DNA of 64,000 bases from assembly GCF_040081985.1 (NCBI RefSeq), contig NZ_JBEBMH010000002.1, positions 1-64,000 on the forward strand, read 5' to 3'. The first letter of the stretch is position 1. Each line of letters begins with the position of its first letter. A program made the position numbers and the translations under genes. This document shows, piece by piece, positions 46,808-56,749 of this stretch. This DNA comes from Mesorhizobium yinganensis (GTDB lineage Bacteria > Pseudomonadota > Alphaproteobacteria > Rhizobiales > Rhizobiaceae). Under the pieces are notes generated by a model. That model saw nothing but the letters and a program-made list of their open reading frames with translations. It did not search any database and was not told where the DNA came from.

Positions 46808-47313
46808 CCGTGGCTTGCCGTTACCGATAGTTCCGGCCGCTGATTGATCGTCTGGAACACCACGCAATACCGCTCGGTCAGCTTGAGCAGCGAATCGATG
46901 CGCTCCTGCGGCTCGTCGGTGTCGAGGTCGAAGGCCAGCCGGATCGCCCTGAAACCGACGGGCGCATCCTTGGCGACGCCCAGCGTGCCGCGGAAATCGA
47001 GGTCGCCCTCCGCCGAGACGGTCGCGCCCGCAAGCTTGAACTCCAGCGCTGTCGCCACGGCTTTCAGCGTCACACCGGCACAGGCGACCAGCGCCTCCAG
47101 CAGCATGTCGCCCGAGCAGAGTTCCAGCCCGCTGCCGCCGGTAGCCGGATGCAGGCCGGCCACCGCGATGGCGCGGCCGGTCTCGACCTTGCAGGCGATC
47201 GCCTGGTCGTCGATCGAGCCCTTGGCGCGCAACGTGATCAGCGCCGCGTCCGGCGTCTCGCGATAGGCATTCTTCAACGGCGCCTGCTGGGCCTTGAGCG
47301 TTGCGGCATCCAT
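46804..47313 (-). CDS. OsmC/Ohr-family peroxiredoxin-like protein
   Basis: 169 aa with two conserved Cys (ELCSGD and LVACAGV), as in the OsmC fold. Its stop overlaps the M20 gene stop (CTAG). Confidence 0.8.
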   Translation of the reverse strand: MDAATLKAQQAPLKNAYRETPDAALITLRAKGSIDDQAIACKVETGRAIAVAGLHPATGGSGLELCSGDMLLEALVACAGVTLKAVATALEFKLAGATVSAEGDLDFRGTLGVAKDAPVGFRAIRLAFDLDTDEPQERIDSLLKLTERYCVVFQTINQRPELSVTASHG

Positions 47314-47516
47314 GGCTGGTCCTCCATCTTCGCCTGCGCTTATAGATCATCGAGATCGCCGCCGCATGCCTTTGTCGCTGCGCGCAACGGAAGAGCCTCT
47401 TGGGCCAGCAAATTGGATTCGCATTCCCTTCACGGCCAGGCCGGCAAACCGAAAGCCGATTTACTCCGGTCCGAATTCAGGCTTCTATCCGCAAAATTTT
47501 TCCGGCGAAGGGAGCA

Positions 47517-49004
47517 ATGCCGATGACAGCGTGGAAGACATTTGCCGCAGCGGCGACGCTGACGATCTTGAGCGCAAGTGGTGCTTTCGCGGCCCGCACC
47601 GATCTCGTGCTCGGCATGCCGCTGGAGCCGCCGCATCTCGACCCGACCGCAGGTGCCGCGGCGGCCATCGACGAGGTGCTCTACGCAAACGTCTTCGAGG
47701 GCCTGACCCGCATCGGATCGTCCGGCGAGGTGCTTCCGGCACTGGCCGAAAGCTGGACGGTTTCGGAGGACGGCAAGACCTACACCTTCAAGCTGCATAC
47801 GAACGTCAAATTCCATGATGGCTCCGCCTTCGACGCCGAGGACGTAAAATTCTCGCTGGACCGCGCCCGCGCGGCCGATTCGACGAACGCCCAAAAAGGC
47901 CTGTTCGCCGCGATCGAGGCGGTCGATGTCGTTGACCCGGCAACGGTCAAGGTGACGCTGAAGAACCCGCAGGGCGCATTCCTCTACAATATGGGCTGGG
48001 GCGACGCGGTGATCGTCGCGCCGGAAAGTGCGGCGACCAACAAGGAAAAGCCGATCGGCACCGGACCGTTCAAGTTCGACAACTGGGCGAAGGGGTCGGC
48101 GATCACCATCGTCAAGAACCCCGACTACTGGGGCGAGCCGGCATTTCTCGACCGCGCCGAGTTCCGCATCGTGCCGGATGCCGCGGCTGCGATCCCGGCG
48201 CTGCTTTCCGGCGACGTGCAGGCCTTCCCGAACATGAATGTCGGCGACGCGCTGCCGCAGGTGCAGGCCGATCCGCGTTTCAAGGTGGTGATCGGCGCGA
48301 CCGAAGGCGAGACCATCCTCGCCACCAACAACAAGAAACCGCCCTTCGACCAGTTGAAGGTACGCCAGGCCATCGCCCATGCGATAGACCGCAAGGCGAT
48401 CATAGACGGCGCCTCGTCCGGGCTCGGCACGCCGATCGGCTCGCATTTCTCCCCTGCCAACAAGGCCTATATCGACCTGACGGGCACCTATCCGCACGAC
48501 ATCGCCAAGGCGAAGGAACTTTTGAAGGAAGCCGGTCTCGAGAACGGATTCTCGGCGACGCTGAAACTGCCGCCAGTGGCCTATGCCCGCGACGGCGGCC
48601 AGATCATCGCATCCGAATTGCGCGAGATCGGCGTCAATCTGGAGATCATCCCGCTCGAATGGGCCGACTGGCTGAGCCAGGTCTTCACCGACAAGAATTA
48701 CGACCTGTCGATCGTCTCGCACACCGAGCCCAACGACATCGATATCTACGCGCGCAAGGACTATTATTTTAACTATGACAACCCGGCCTTCGACAAGGTG
48801 ATCGAGGAACTGAACCTCACCGCCGACGACGCCAAGCGCACCGCGCTCTACCAGCAGGCGCAAAAGATCCTGGCCGACGATGCCGTCAACGGATTCCTGT
48901 TCGAGCTGCCGAAGATCGGCATCTGGGATGCCAAGGTCGAGGGGCTGTGGGAAAACTCGCCGATCCAGGCCAACGATTTGACGAAGGTCAAGTGGGTCGA
49001 CTAG
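47517..49004 (+). CDS. ABC transporter periplasmic substrate-binding protein, family 5 (peptide/nickel/glutathione type)
   Basis: Signal peptide MPMTAWKTFAAAATLTILSASGAFA, then an SBP_bac_5 fold of about 495 aa. It precedes two permeases and an ATPase. Confidence 0.8.
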   Translation: MPMTAWKTFAAAATLTILSASGAFAARTDLVLGMPLEPPHLDPTAGAAAAIDEVLYANVFEGLTRIGSSGEVLPALAESWTVSEDGKTYTFKLHTNVKFHDGSAFDAEDVKFSLDRARAADSTNAQKGLFAAIEAVDVVDPATVKVTLKNPQGAFLYNMGWGDAVIVAPESAATNKEKPIGTGPFKFDNWAKGSAITIVKNPDYWGEPAFLDRAEFRIVPDAAAAIPALLSGDVQAFPNMNVGDALPQVQADPRFKVVIGATEGETILATNNKKPPFDQLKVRQAIAHAIDRKAIIDGASSGLGTPIGSHFSPANKAYIDLTGTYPHDIAKAKELLKEAGLENGFSATLKLPPVAYARDGGQIIASELREIGVNLEIIPLEWADWLSQVFTDKNYDLSIVSHTEPNDIDIYARKDYYFNYDNPAFDKVIEELNLTADDAKRTALYQQAQKILADDAVNGFLFELPKIGIWDAKVEGLWENSPIQANDLTKVKWVD

Positions 49005-49009
49005 CGACG

Positions 49010-49170
49010 AGGTCCCCCTCCCCCTTGAGGGGAGGGTCGGCGCGAAGCGCCGGGGTGGGGTCATTGCGGCAGCGCGGGACGCAAAGAATGAACGTCGAAT
49101 ATGGCCGCAGCGACCCCTCCCGGCTCGCTGCGCTCGCCACCCTCCCCTCAAGGGGGAGGGAAACGTTGGC
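49010..49170. repeat. RIME-like palindromic mosaic element (intergenic copy)
   Basis: ggtccccctcccccttgaggggagggtcggcg ... gccggggtggggtcattgcggcagcg ... ccaccctcccctcaagggggaggg: terminal 20-bp inverted repeats around a core. Confidence 0.6.
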
Positions 49171-49176
49171 GCTCCC

Positions 49177-50121
49177 ATGACCGCCTACCTCGCCCAGCGC
49201 CTCTCGATTGCCATCGTGACGCTGCTGGTCGCCTCGCTGGTCGTCTTCGCGGTGCTGGAAGTCTTGCCCGGCGACCCGGCGCGGCTGATGCTCGGCATCA
49301 ATGCGACGCCTGACGCAGTCGAAGCGCTGCGCGAGCAGATGGGGCTGAACCATCCGCTGCCCGTCCGCTATTTCAACTGGATCGGCGGGTTGACGACGCT
49401 CGATTTCGGCCGCTCCTACACCTATTCCGTCCCCGTCATCGACCTCATCACAGAGCGAATCTCAGTCTCGCTGCCGCTGGCCTTGATCTCGCTGCTCCTG
49501 TCGGTGGCCATTGCGATTCCGGTCGGCGCGTACGCTGCCGAGCGGCGCGGTCGCGCCGGCGATGCGCTGTCGATGAGCGCTGCGCAAGTGGGCGTGGCCA
49601 TCCCGAATTTCTGGTTCGCACTGCTGCTGATCTACGTCTTCGCCGTCTGGCTGCGGCTCGTGCCGGCGGGCGGCTTTCCCGGCTGGAGCGCCGGCATCTG
49701 GCCGGCACTGAAGGCGCTGCTGCTGCCAGCCATCGCTTTGGCGCTGCCGCAGGCGGCGATCCTGTCGCGCGTCACCCGTTCGGCGCTGATCGAAGTGCTT
49801 GGTGAAGACTATATCCGCACCGCACGCGCAAAGGGCCTGCCGTTCGGCACGGTGCTGTGGCGGCATGCGCTGCGTAATGCGCTCATCCCCGTGCTCACCA
49901 TCGTCGGCTTGCAATTCTCCTTCCTGCTGGCTGGCACCATCATCATCGAGAACGTGTTTTATCTCCCAGGCCTCGGCCGGCTGGTATTCCAGGCCATCAC
50001 ACAGCGCGACCTGATCGTGGTGGAGGGCGTGGTGATGCTGCTGGTCGCCACCGTCGTCGTGGTCAACCTGCTGGTCGACCTGTCCTATGCACTGGTCGAT
50101 CCACGGCTGAGGGCGCGATGA
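49177..50121 (+). CDS. ABC transporter permease (DppB/GsiC-like)
   Basis: 314 aa with 6 TM helices. EAA-like loop in RTARAKGLPFGTVLWRHALRNAL. Confidence 0.85.
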   Translation: MTAYLAQRLSIAIVTLLVASLVVFAVLEVLPGDPARLMLGINATPDAVEALREQMGLNHPLPVRYFNWIGGLTTLDFGRSYTYSVPVIDLITERISVSLPLALISLLLSVAIAIPVGAYAAERRGRAGDALSMSAAQVGVAIPNFWFALLLIYVFAVWLRLVPAGGFPGWSAGIWPALKALLLPAIALALPQAAILSRVTRSALIEVLGEDYIRTARAKGLPFGTVLWRHALRNALIPVLTIVGLQFSFLLAGTIIIENVFYLPGLGRLVFQAITQRDLIVVEGVVMLLVATVVVVNLLVDLSYALVDPRLRAR

Positions 50122-50191
50122 TGGGTGTTCTTGCGGCATTTGGCAGTCGTGGAGCGCCGGCGCCGCACGCTCTTCGCCTGGCCGACGAATC

Positions 50192-51064
50192 ATGACCGAA
50201 CTCTCCACCACCCCAGCGCATGACGGCTTTTCCGCCTTCCTCGCCCGCGCCGTAGCCAGCCGATCCTTCGTCATTGGCTTCGTCATCACCGCACTGGTCG
50301 CATTGGTGGCGCTGGTCTCCTTCTTCTGGACGCCTTACGACGTGACCAAACTGGTCGTCGCCGACCGCATGTTGCCGCCGTCGGCGACGCATCTTTTCGG
50401 CACCGACCAGTTCGGCCGCGACGTGCTGTCGATGATCATGGTCGGCTCGCGCAACTCCATCGCCGTGGCGCTGGTCGCGGTCGGCATCGGCATGGGCATC
50501 GGCGTGCCGCTCGGCTGCCTCGCGGCGGCGCGCGGCGGCTGGCTGGACGAGGTCGTCATGCGTTTCAACGACCTCGTCTTCGCCTTCCCTGCATTGCTGT
50601 CGGCGGTGATGATCACCGCAGTATTCGGGCCGGGCGCGGTCAACGCCATCATCGCCATCGGCATTTTCAACATCCCGGTGTTTGCGCGCGTGGCGCGGGC
50701 CGGTGCGCTCGCCATCTGGCCGCGCGAATTCATCCTGGCGGCGCGCGCCGCAGGCAAGGGCAAGGCGCGCATCACGGTCGAGCACATATTGCCCAACATT
50801 GCGACGATGCTGCTGGTACAGGGTACGATCCAGTTCGCGCTAGGTATTCTGGCCGAGGCGGGCCTTTCCTATGTCGGGCTGGGCGCGCAGCCGCCGATGC
50901 CGAGTTGGGGCCGAATGCTGTTCGATGCGCAGACGCGCATGATGGTGATGCCGTCGCTGGCGCTGTTTCCTGGCCTTGCCATCATCGTCACCGTGCTCGG
51001 CCTCAACCTGCTCGGCGACGGCGTCAGCGACGCGCTCGATCCGAAACTGAGGCAGAGGCGATGA
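50192..51064 (+). CDS. ABC transporter permease (DppC/GsiD-like)
   Basis: 290 aa with a BPD_transp_1 pattern (ILAARAAGKGKARITVEHILPN). Confidence 0.85.
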   Translation: MTELSTTPAHDGFSAFLARAVASRSFVIGFVITALVALVALVSFFWTPYDVTKLVVADRMLPPSATHLFGTDQFGRDVLSMIMVGSRNSIAVALVAVGIGMGIGVPLGCLAAARGGWLDEVVMRFNDLVFAFPALLSAVMITAVFGPGAVNAIIAIGIFNIPVFARVARAGALAIWPREFILAARAAGKGKARITVEHILPNIATMLLVQGTIQFALGILAEAGLSYVGLGAQPPMPSWGRMLFDAQTRMMVMPSLALFPGLAIIVTVLGLNLLGDGVSDALDPKLRQRR

Positions 51065-52809
51065 GCCTGCTTGCCATCGAGAACCTGTCGCTGTCGATCG
51101 GCGACACGGAAATTCTGAAGGACGTCGATCTCGCGATCGAGCCCGGCGAGGTTTTGGGACTGGTCGGCGAATCCGGCTCCGGCAAGTCGATGTCGGCGCT
51201 CGCAATCATGCAACTGCTGCCGGAAGGCGCGCGGGCAATAGGCAGCATAAAACTCAACGGTGTCGACATCCTTGGTGCCGGCGAAGATGCGATGTGCCGG
51301 TTGCGCGGCAACGACATCGGCATGGTGTTCCAGGAGCCGATGACGGCGCTGAACCCGGTGAAGACCATCGGCGAGCAGGTGGCGGAGGGTATCCGCTGGC
51401 ATGCCGGTGTCGGCCGTGCCGAAGCCGAGGGGCGGGCGAGAATAATGCTCGACCGCGTCGGCCTGCCAGCGGAGAAATTTCCGCTGTCGCGTTATCCGCA
51501 CCAGCTTTCGGGCGGCCAGCGCCAGCGCGTCGTCATCGCCATCGCCTGCGCGCTAAAGCCGAAATTGCTGATCGCCGACGAGCCGACGACGGCGCTGGAT
51601 GTCGTGCTGCAGGCGCAGATTCTCGAGCTGCTGCGCGAACTGGTCGCCGAGAACCGCATGGGCCTGCTGCTGATCTCTCACGACCTCGCCGTGGTGACGG
51701 AAATGTCCGACCGGATCGCCATCATGCGCGGCGGCGAGATTCTGGAGACCGGCGAGACGGCGCGCACACTCGCCGCCCAGCAGCATCCTTATACACGGCA
51801 ACTCGCCCTGGCCTCGATGCATGTGCCGGAGGGGCGTTCACCATCCCCCCTGGGGGGAGGGTCGGCGATCCGGCTGAGCGAAGCGAAGCTGGCGAGCCGG
51901 GGTGGGGTCACCGAAGGTTGGCGCACTGCCGCAGCAACCCCCTCTGACCCTTCAGGCCATCTCTCCCTCAAGGGGGGAGACGGCGCCGCACCCCTCCTCG
52001 AAGTCACTTCCCTCACCCGCGACTACCCTGCCGACCGCCATTCCCTCTTCGCCAAGCCAACGATGTTCCGCGCCGTCGACGATGTATCGTTCTGCCTCGC
52101 GCCGGGCCGTTCAGTAGCGCTGGTCGGCCGCTCCGGCTGTGGAAAGTCGACGCTGGCGCGGCTGGTGCTGGCGTTGGACAAAGTGACGTCGGGCACGATC
52201 CGCTTCATGGGCGAGGACATCACCAGCCGAAGCGAGGCGGATCTGAGGACGGCGCGGCGCAATATGCAAGTGGTGTTCCAGGACCCTTACGGCTCGTTCA
52301 ACCCACGCCACCGGGTAGAGCGGCTGGTCGCAGAGCCGCTGTCGCTGCTTGAACCCGCTCCCGACCCGCTGAAGCGACGCGAGTTGGTGGCGCATGCGCT
52401 GCATCAGGTCGGGCTTAAGCCACACGACATGCAGAAATATCCGCATGAATTCTCCGGCGGTCAGCGTCAGCGCCTGTCGATCGCCCGTGCCATCATCACG
52501 CGGCCGAAACTGGTGGTTGCGGACGAGGCTGTTTCGGCGCTCGACGTGTCGATCCGCGCCCAGATCCTCGACCTTTTCGCAGACCTCAACCGCAAGCTCG
52601 GCATCGCCTACCTGTTCATCACGCACGACCTGACGGTCGCCCGCGCCATCACCGACGACGTGCTGGTCATGCACGAGGGCAGGATCGTCGAGCGCGGCGC
52701 GACCGCCCACGTGCTGGACAATCCGCAATCGGACGCGGCCAGGGCACTGGTCGATGCGGCGCCCGACCTGAGACGCGCGATCTCGCGCAAACTGCGCGAG
52801 CAGGGGTGA
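51061..52809 (+). CDS. Fused double-ATPase ABC protein (GsiA-like; two complete nucleotide-binding domains)
   Basis: Start overlaps the permease stop (ATGA). NBD1 has GESGSGKS ... LSGGQRQRV ... [15 protein letters not shown]2 has GRSGCGKS ... FSGGQRQRL ... [13 protein letters not shown] roughly 50-aa Gly/Ser/Pro-rich linker separates them. Confidence 0.85.
   Translation: MSLLAIENLSLSIGDTEILKDVDLAIEPGEVLGLVGESGSGKSMSALAIMQLLPEGARAIGSIKLNGVDILGAGEDAMCRLRGNDIGMVFQEPMTALNPVKTIGEQVAEGIRWHAGVGRAEAEGRARIMLDRVGLPAEKFPLSRYPHQLSGGQRQRVVIAIACALKPKLLIADEPTTALDVVLQAQILELLRELVAENRMGLLLISHDLAVVTEMSDRIAIMRGGEILETGETARTLAAQQHPYTRQLALASMHVPEGRSPSPLGGGSAIRLSEAKLASRGGVTEGWRTAAATPSDPSGHLSLKGGDGAAPLLEVTSLTRDYPADRHSLFAKPTMFRAVDDVSFCLAPGRSVALVGRSGCGKSTLARLVLALDKVTSGTIRFMGEDITSRSEADLRTARRNMQVVFQDPYGSFNPRHRVERLVAEPLSLLEPAPDPLKRRELVAHALHQVGLKPHDMQKYPHEFSGGQRQRLSIARAIITRPKLVVADEAVSALDVSIRAQILDLFADLNRKLGIAYLFITHDLTVARAITDDVLVMHEGRIVERGATAHVLDNPQSDAARALVDAAPDLRRAISRKLREQG
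51845..51990 (+). repeat. RIME-like palindromic element embedded in frame in the inter-domain linker of the fused ATPase
   Basis: ccatcccccctggggggagggtcggcg ... gccggggtggggtcaccgaaggttggcgcactgccgcagca ... tctctccctcaaggggggagacgg shares long blocks with the intergenic copy at 49010-49170. It encodes [51 protein letters not shown]. Confidence 0.55.
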
Positions 52810-52840
52810 GCGGCAAAAGACGCGCCATGCCCAAAATTCG

Positions 52841-53272
52841 CTAGGGCTGCGGGCGCACCACGTCGACCGGGCTGAGGCCCAGAACCTCCAGCGTGCGGCG
52901 CAGCAGCCGCACTTCCTTCTCCGCCAGCCGCGAATCGGCCTTGGCGATGTCGGCCATATGGCGCGCCAAAAGTTTGCGGCGGTCTATGTCTAGGTCCTGG
53001 AACAATGCCAGCGCCTGCTGGCCGCTGGTCTCGTAGCCGAAATCGTTGAGGAACTCGACGACGCCGTCAATGCTCTCCTCGCCGATACCGAAGGCATCGC
53101 GGCAGATGCGGCGAAACGTCTTGATCTCGCTGTCGCTGACCTCGCCATCCGCGAGAATCATGCGGAAAAGCAGAAGCAACTCGGCCGACAGCGTAGGGTC
53201 GTCCGCCACCTTGCGCACGCCGGGATCGCCCTCGAACATGTTCCTGAACCGCGACAGAAGTCCCTGCGCCAT
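52841..53272 (-). CDS. TerB-like (tellurite-resistance / DjlA-N-terminal-like) protein
   Basis: 143 aa with the duplicated TerB-like helical pattern (ADGEVSDSEIKTFRRICRDAFG and ADSRLAEKEVRLLRRTLEVLG). Confidence 0.55.
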   Translation of the reverse strand: MAQGLLSRFRNMFEGDPGVRKVADDPTLSAELLLLFRMILADGEVSDSEIKTFRRICRDAFGIGEESIDGVVEFLNDFGYETSGQQALALFQDLDIDRRKLLARHMADIAKADSRLAEKEVRLLRRTLEVLGLSPVDVVRPQP

Positions 53273-53418
53273 CCCGAATTCCCCTGACTATTCATGCGGC
53301 CGGGTTCGACATATACAGCGCCCCGCCGACGGCTGCCTCTCCGCTCTCTTCGTAGCGCGAAATCCGCTTTGCGCAAACTGCCGCCGCGTGACCGAAGACA
53401 GTCAACTGAAAGCCCCGC

Positions 53419-54173
53419 CTTGTTCGATCTTCCCAGCGAGACCGCCCTGCTGCTCGCCTTCGCCGCGTTCGCGGCCGGCTTCATCGATTCGATCGCCGGC
53501 GGCGGTGGACTGATCGCCTTGCCGGCGCTGCTGCTCGCTGGATTTTCGCCGGCCGAGGCGCTCGGCACGAACAAATTGCAAGGCCTGTTCGGCACAGGCG
53601 CCGCGACGCTCGCTTACGCCTCGAAAGGCCAGGTCGATCTGCGAAAGCAGGCCCCGATGGCGCTGCCGGCCTTTCTAGGTGGCGCGCTGGGCGCCGTGCT
53701 CGCGAGCGTGCTGCCTCGTGCTGATCGCCATCGCACTTTTCTTTGCGCTGAAGCCCAACATGGACGATGTCGACCGCTCCGAGCGGCTGAAGCCCTGTTC
53801 GGGCTGATGGTGGTGCCGGCGATCGGGTTTTTATGACGGCGTGTTCGGCCCCGGCACCGGCTCCTTTTTAATGCTCGCCTTCGTGACGCTCGCCGGCTGC
53901 GGCGTGCTGAAGGCCACGGCGCACACCAAGCTGCTCAATTTCGGATCGAACGTCGGCGGCTTCGCCGTCTTCGCGCTGGCCGGCGTCGTCGGCTGGAAGA
54001 TCGGGCTGATGATGGCGGCGATGCAGATCCTCGGGGCGCGCCTCGGCGCCGGGCTGGCGGTAAGAATCGGCGCGCGGCTGATAAAACCGCTGCTGGTGGT
54101 TACCTGCGTGGCGCTCGCCATCCGACTGCTTGCCGATCCCACCCACCCGCTGCGGGTCATGCTGGGATTTTGA
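53419..54173 (+). pseudogene. TauE/SafE (TSUP, DUF81) family membrane transporter disrupted by frameshifts
   Basis: Family-typical blocks (FIDSIAGGGGLIALPALL, GTNKLQGLFGTGAA, LFFALKP, ALFGLMVVPAIGFYDGVFGPGTG, GFAVFALAGVVGWKIGLMMAAMQILGARLGA) are spread over three reading frames. One break lies at a T5 homopolymer (gggtttttatgacggc). Confidence 0.5.
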
Positions 54174-54355
54174 GCGGCCGCCAACGGCTCAGCCAAGACC
54201 GACAGCAGGAAAGGCTCAGCTTATCGATCCTTTTATCCTCGCGGTTACCGTAGGTTGCGAAATGCCGCTCTGCTTGCTCGGAATCGGCTTCTGTTCAGTG
54301 AATCCTTTGCAGTCCTCGGGTTTGATCGTCGCCGATCTGCGCGGGGATGTGTGCG

Positions 54356-54904
54356 ATGAATTATCTTTTCAGCCTAAAGGGCCGGTTTGGCCGTCTTCAA
54401 TGGTGGTCGATACAGTTGATCGTGGGCGTGCTGCTGGTTGGCTCCGCCTACGCTCTTGGCAGCAGCCTGTCGTCATTGAGCGAGGATGCAGCCAGAAGGC
54501 TTGCACGCGAGCAAGGCGTGACATTCCTGCTGTCCTTCCTCGTCCTTTTCGTCTTTTGCTGCTGGATCAATGTCGCAGCGACGGTGAAGCGCTATCATGA
54601 CCGCGACAAATCAGGCTTCTGGTTCCTGATCGTCTTCATTCCGTTCATCGGCGGCATCTGGCAACTGGTCGAATGCGGCTTCCTGAGCGGGACGGGCGGC
54701 AGCAACAGCTACGGCCAGCGACGGGCGCTCGACGTGTCGTTCCTCGACGGCTCGGAACTGAGAGACGAGTCGCCCCGCCAAAGCCGCGCCATGAAGGCGG
54801 AGCGCAACGTCGAGCCTCCGCAAGCGTCGGCGCCAGCCGTTGTTCGCCGGTCGGCGGGCCTCACTCGGCCGAAGCCGGCAAGCTTCGGCAGGCGTGGCCT
54901 GTAG
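54356..54904 (+). CDS. DUF805-family inner-membrane protein
   Basis: YLFSLKGRFGRLQWWSIQLIV and DRDKSGFWFLIVFIPFIGGIW are characteristic DUF805 blocks. The C-terminal tail is disordered. Confidence 0.6.
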   Translation: MNYLFSLKGRFGRLQWWSIQLIVGVLLVGSAYALGSSLSSLSEDAARRLAREQGVTFLLSFLVLFVFCCWINVAATVKRYHDRDKSGFWFLIVFIPFIGGIWQLVECGFLSGTGGSNSYGQRRALDVSFLDGSELRDESPRQSRAMKAERNVEPPQASAPAVVRRSAGLTRPKPASFGRRGL

Positions 54905-55001
54905 CGACCGCGCGGCGCGATCACGGCTGGCCGTACATGCCCGACCAAGCGACCGGCGGCTTTGTTTTGACGCATCCGCCCCGGCTTGCTAGCCTCAGCG
55001 C

Positions 55002-55820
55002 ATGCCCTCGCCGATCCAGCCAGATGTCGGCGCGTTCGAGATGGTCGAAACCCGTCCGGGCGGCCTGCTGCGCGGCATCGTCACGCGCATCGTCGGTTAC
55101 CGCGAAATGGCGCGCCGGCATATCCGCACGCGCGAGACCGCTTCGCTGACCGTTCCCCTGATCATCAGCTTCGGCGAGCCGTTTTACATCGGCCTCGGTC
55201 GCGCGCCAAGCGAAGCCGACCGCATCGCCAGCTTTGCAGCCGGCCTCTATGCCGGTCCGGTGCTGATCGAATCCTTCGGCGCTTCCCACTGCCTGCAGAT
55301 CGATTTTTCACCGCTGGGCGCCCGGCGGTTCTTCAAGCTGCCGATGCATGAACTCGCCGACCGCATGGTGCTGCTGGACGACGTGCTCGGCAACGAAGGT
55401 GCGGCGTTGCGCGAGCGCCTCGGCAATGCACCGGACTGGCGGACTCGCTTCGCACTGGTCATCGACTTCGTATCCGCCCGTATCGACGCCGCGAAAACCC
55501 CGGCGGCGGAAGTGCGCGAGGTGTTCGGCCATATCGAAATCTCTGGAGGCCGGGCGCCTATATCGCGGCTGGCAGCGCGCATCGGCTGGAGCAGAAAACA
55601 CCTCGCCGACCGCTTCAACGCCGAGGTCGGCCTTGGGCCGAAATCGATCGCCCGTATCGTACGGTTCAACCGTGCGCTGGCAGCGGCGCGCTCCGGCGGG
55701 GAAGGCTGGGCTGACATCGCCGCCGGCTGCGGCTACGCCGACCAAGCGCATCTCACCCGCGAGTTCCAGGCAATGGCCGGCCTCTCGCCGGCAGCGTGGC
55801 GGGCCGAGGATTTTGCCTGA
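55002..55820 (+). CDS. AraC-family transcriptional regulator
   Basis: C-terminal AraC HTH (ISRLAARIGWSRKHLADRFNAEVGLGPKSIARIVRFNRALA...GYADQAHLTREFQAMAGLSP). Confidence 0.75.
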   Translation: MPSPIQPDVGAFEMVETRPGGLLRGIVTRIVGYREMARRHIRTRETASLTVPLIISFGEPFYIGLGRAPSEADRIASFAAGLYAGPVLIESFGASHCLQIDFSPLGARRFFKLPMHELADRMVLLDDVLGNEGAALRERLGNAPDWRTRFALVIDFVSARIDAAKTPAAEVREVFGHIEISGGRAPISRLAARIGWSRKHLADRFNAEVGLGPKSIARIVRFNRALAAARSGGEGWADIAAGCGYADQAHLTREFQAMAGLSPAAWRAEDFA

Positions 55821-55898
55821 CGTTACATTCCTTCAAGACCCGGCAACCGATGCGCCCCATCGTGGCTTACCAAAGCAGGTGAGCCACAGGAGAAAGAC

Positions 55899-56321
55899 AT
55901 GACCGACAAGGCAATCGAACCGCCCCGCATCTACCCGACTTTCCGCTACCACGACGCCGCCAAGATGATCGAGTGGCTGGAGGAGGCTTTCGGCTTTGCC
56001 GTTCACGCAAAATATATGGACGGCGATCACGTCGCCCATGCGCAGATGAGCTTCGGCTCGTCGATGATCATGCTCGGCAGCGTGCGCGACGACCGGTACG
56101 GCGCGATGGTTGGCGGACCCGGCGAAAATGGCGGCAAGAGCGTCTATGTCGCCGTCGACGATACGGACGCCGTCTACGCCCGCGCCAAGGCCGCCGGCGC
56201 AGGAATCCTGGAGGAGCCGACCGACCGCGACTATGGCAGCCGCGATTTCGTCTGCGTCGATCCGGAAAGCAATATCTGGTCCTTCGGCACCTATTGGCCC
56301 AAGCCGACTGACAAGGCGTGA
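55899..56321 (+). CDS. VOC-family (glyoxalase/dioxygenase-like) protein
   Basis: 140 aa with a VOC fold pattern (HAQMSFGSSMIMLGS ... KSVYVAVDDTDAVYARAKAAGAGILEEP). Confidence 0.65.
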   Translation: MTDKAIEPPRIYPTFRYHDAAKMIEWLEEAFGFAVHAKYMDGDHVAHAQMSFGSSMIMLGSVRDDRYGAMVGGPGENGGKSVYVAVDDTDAVYARAKAAGAGILEEPTDRDYGSRDFVCVDPESNIWSFGTYWPKPTDKA

Positions 56322-56326
56322 ATGCT

Positions 56327-56749
56327 ATGACCGCTCCCGTCACCCCGATCGTGCTCGGCCCCGGCGAGGGCCGCTGCTATGCCATGCCGGCGATGCGTGC
56401 CGTCTTCAAGGCGGACGGTGCCGAGACCGGCAACCGCTGTTCGGTCTCGGAATGGTGGGTCGAGCCCCACTGCGCCGGCCCCGGCGCTCACAGCCACGAA
56501 GCCAATGACGAGATTTTCTACGTCATCGAGGGCACCGCCTTGGTGATGGTCGGCGACCGCTGGATCGACGCCCAGCGCGGTTCATTCGTCTTCATTCCGG
56601 CCGGCACGACCCACGACTTCGCCAACCGCACCGGCAAGCCGGCGGGCCCTTTCAACGTCTTCGTGCCCGGCGGGTTTGAGACGAACATGCAGGGCATCGT
56701 AAAATGGTTCGAGGAGAAGGGCCGAACCTACTCGAACTCGGATGACTAA
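56327..56749 (+). CDS. Cupin-domain protein
   Basis: HSHEANDEIFYVIEGTALVMVGD ... FVFIPAGTTHDF shows cupin motifs 1 and 2. A GTG alternative start at 56318 overlaps the upstream stop. Confidence 0.6.
   Translation: MTAPVTPIVLGPGEGRCYAMPAMRAVFKADGAETGNRCSVSEWWVEPHCAGPGAHSHEANDEIFYVIEGTALVMVGDRWIDAQRGSFVFIPAGTTHDFANRTGKPAGPFNVFVPGGFETNMQGIVKWFEEKGRTYSNSDD

Noticed and set aside
47430-49178. 582-aa minus-strand ORF antisense to the ABC substrate-binding protein gene
   Set aside because: No motif. The plus-strand gene has a signal peptide and SBP fold and is followed by its permeases.
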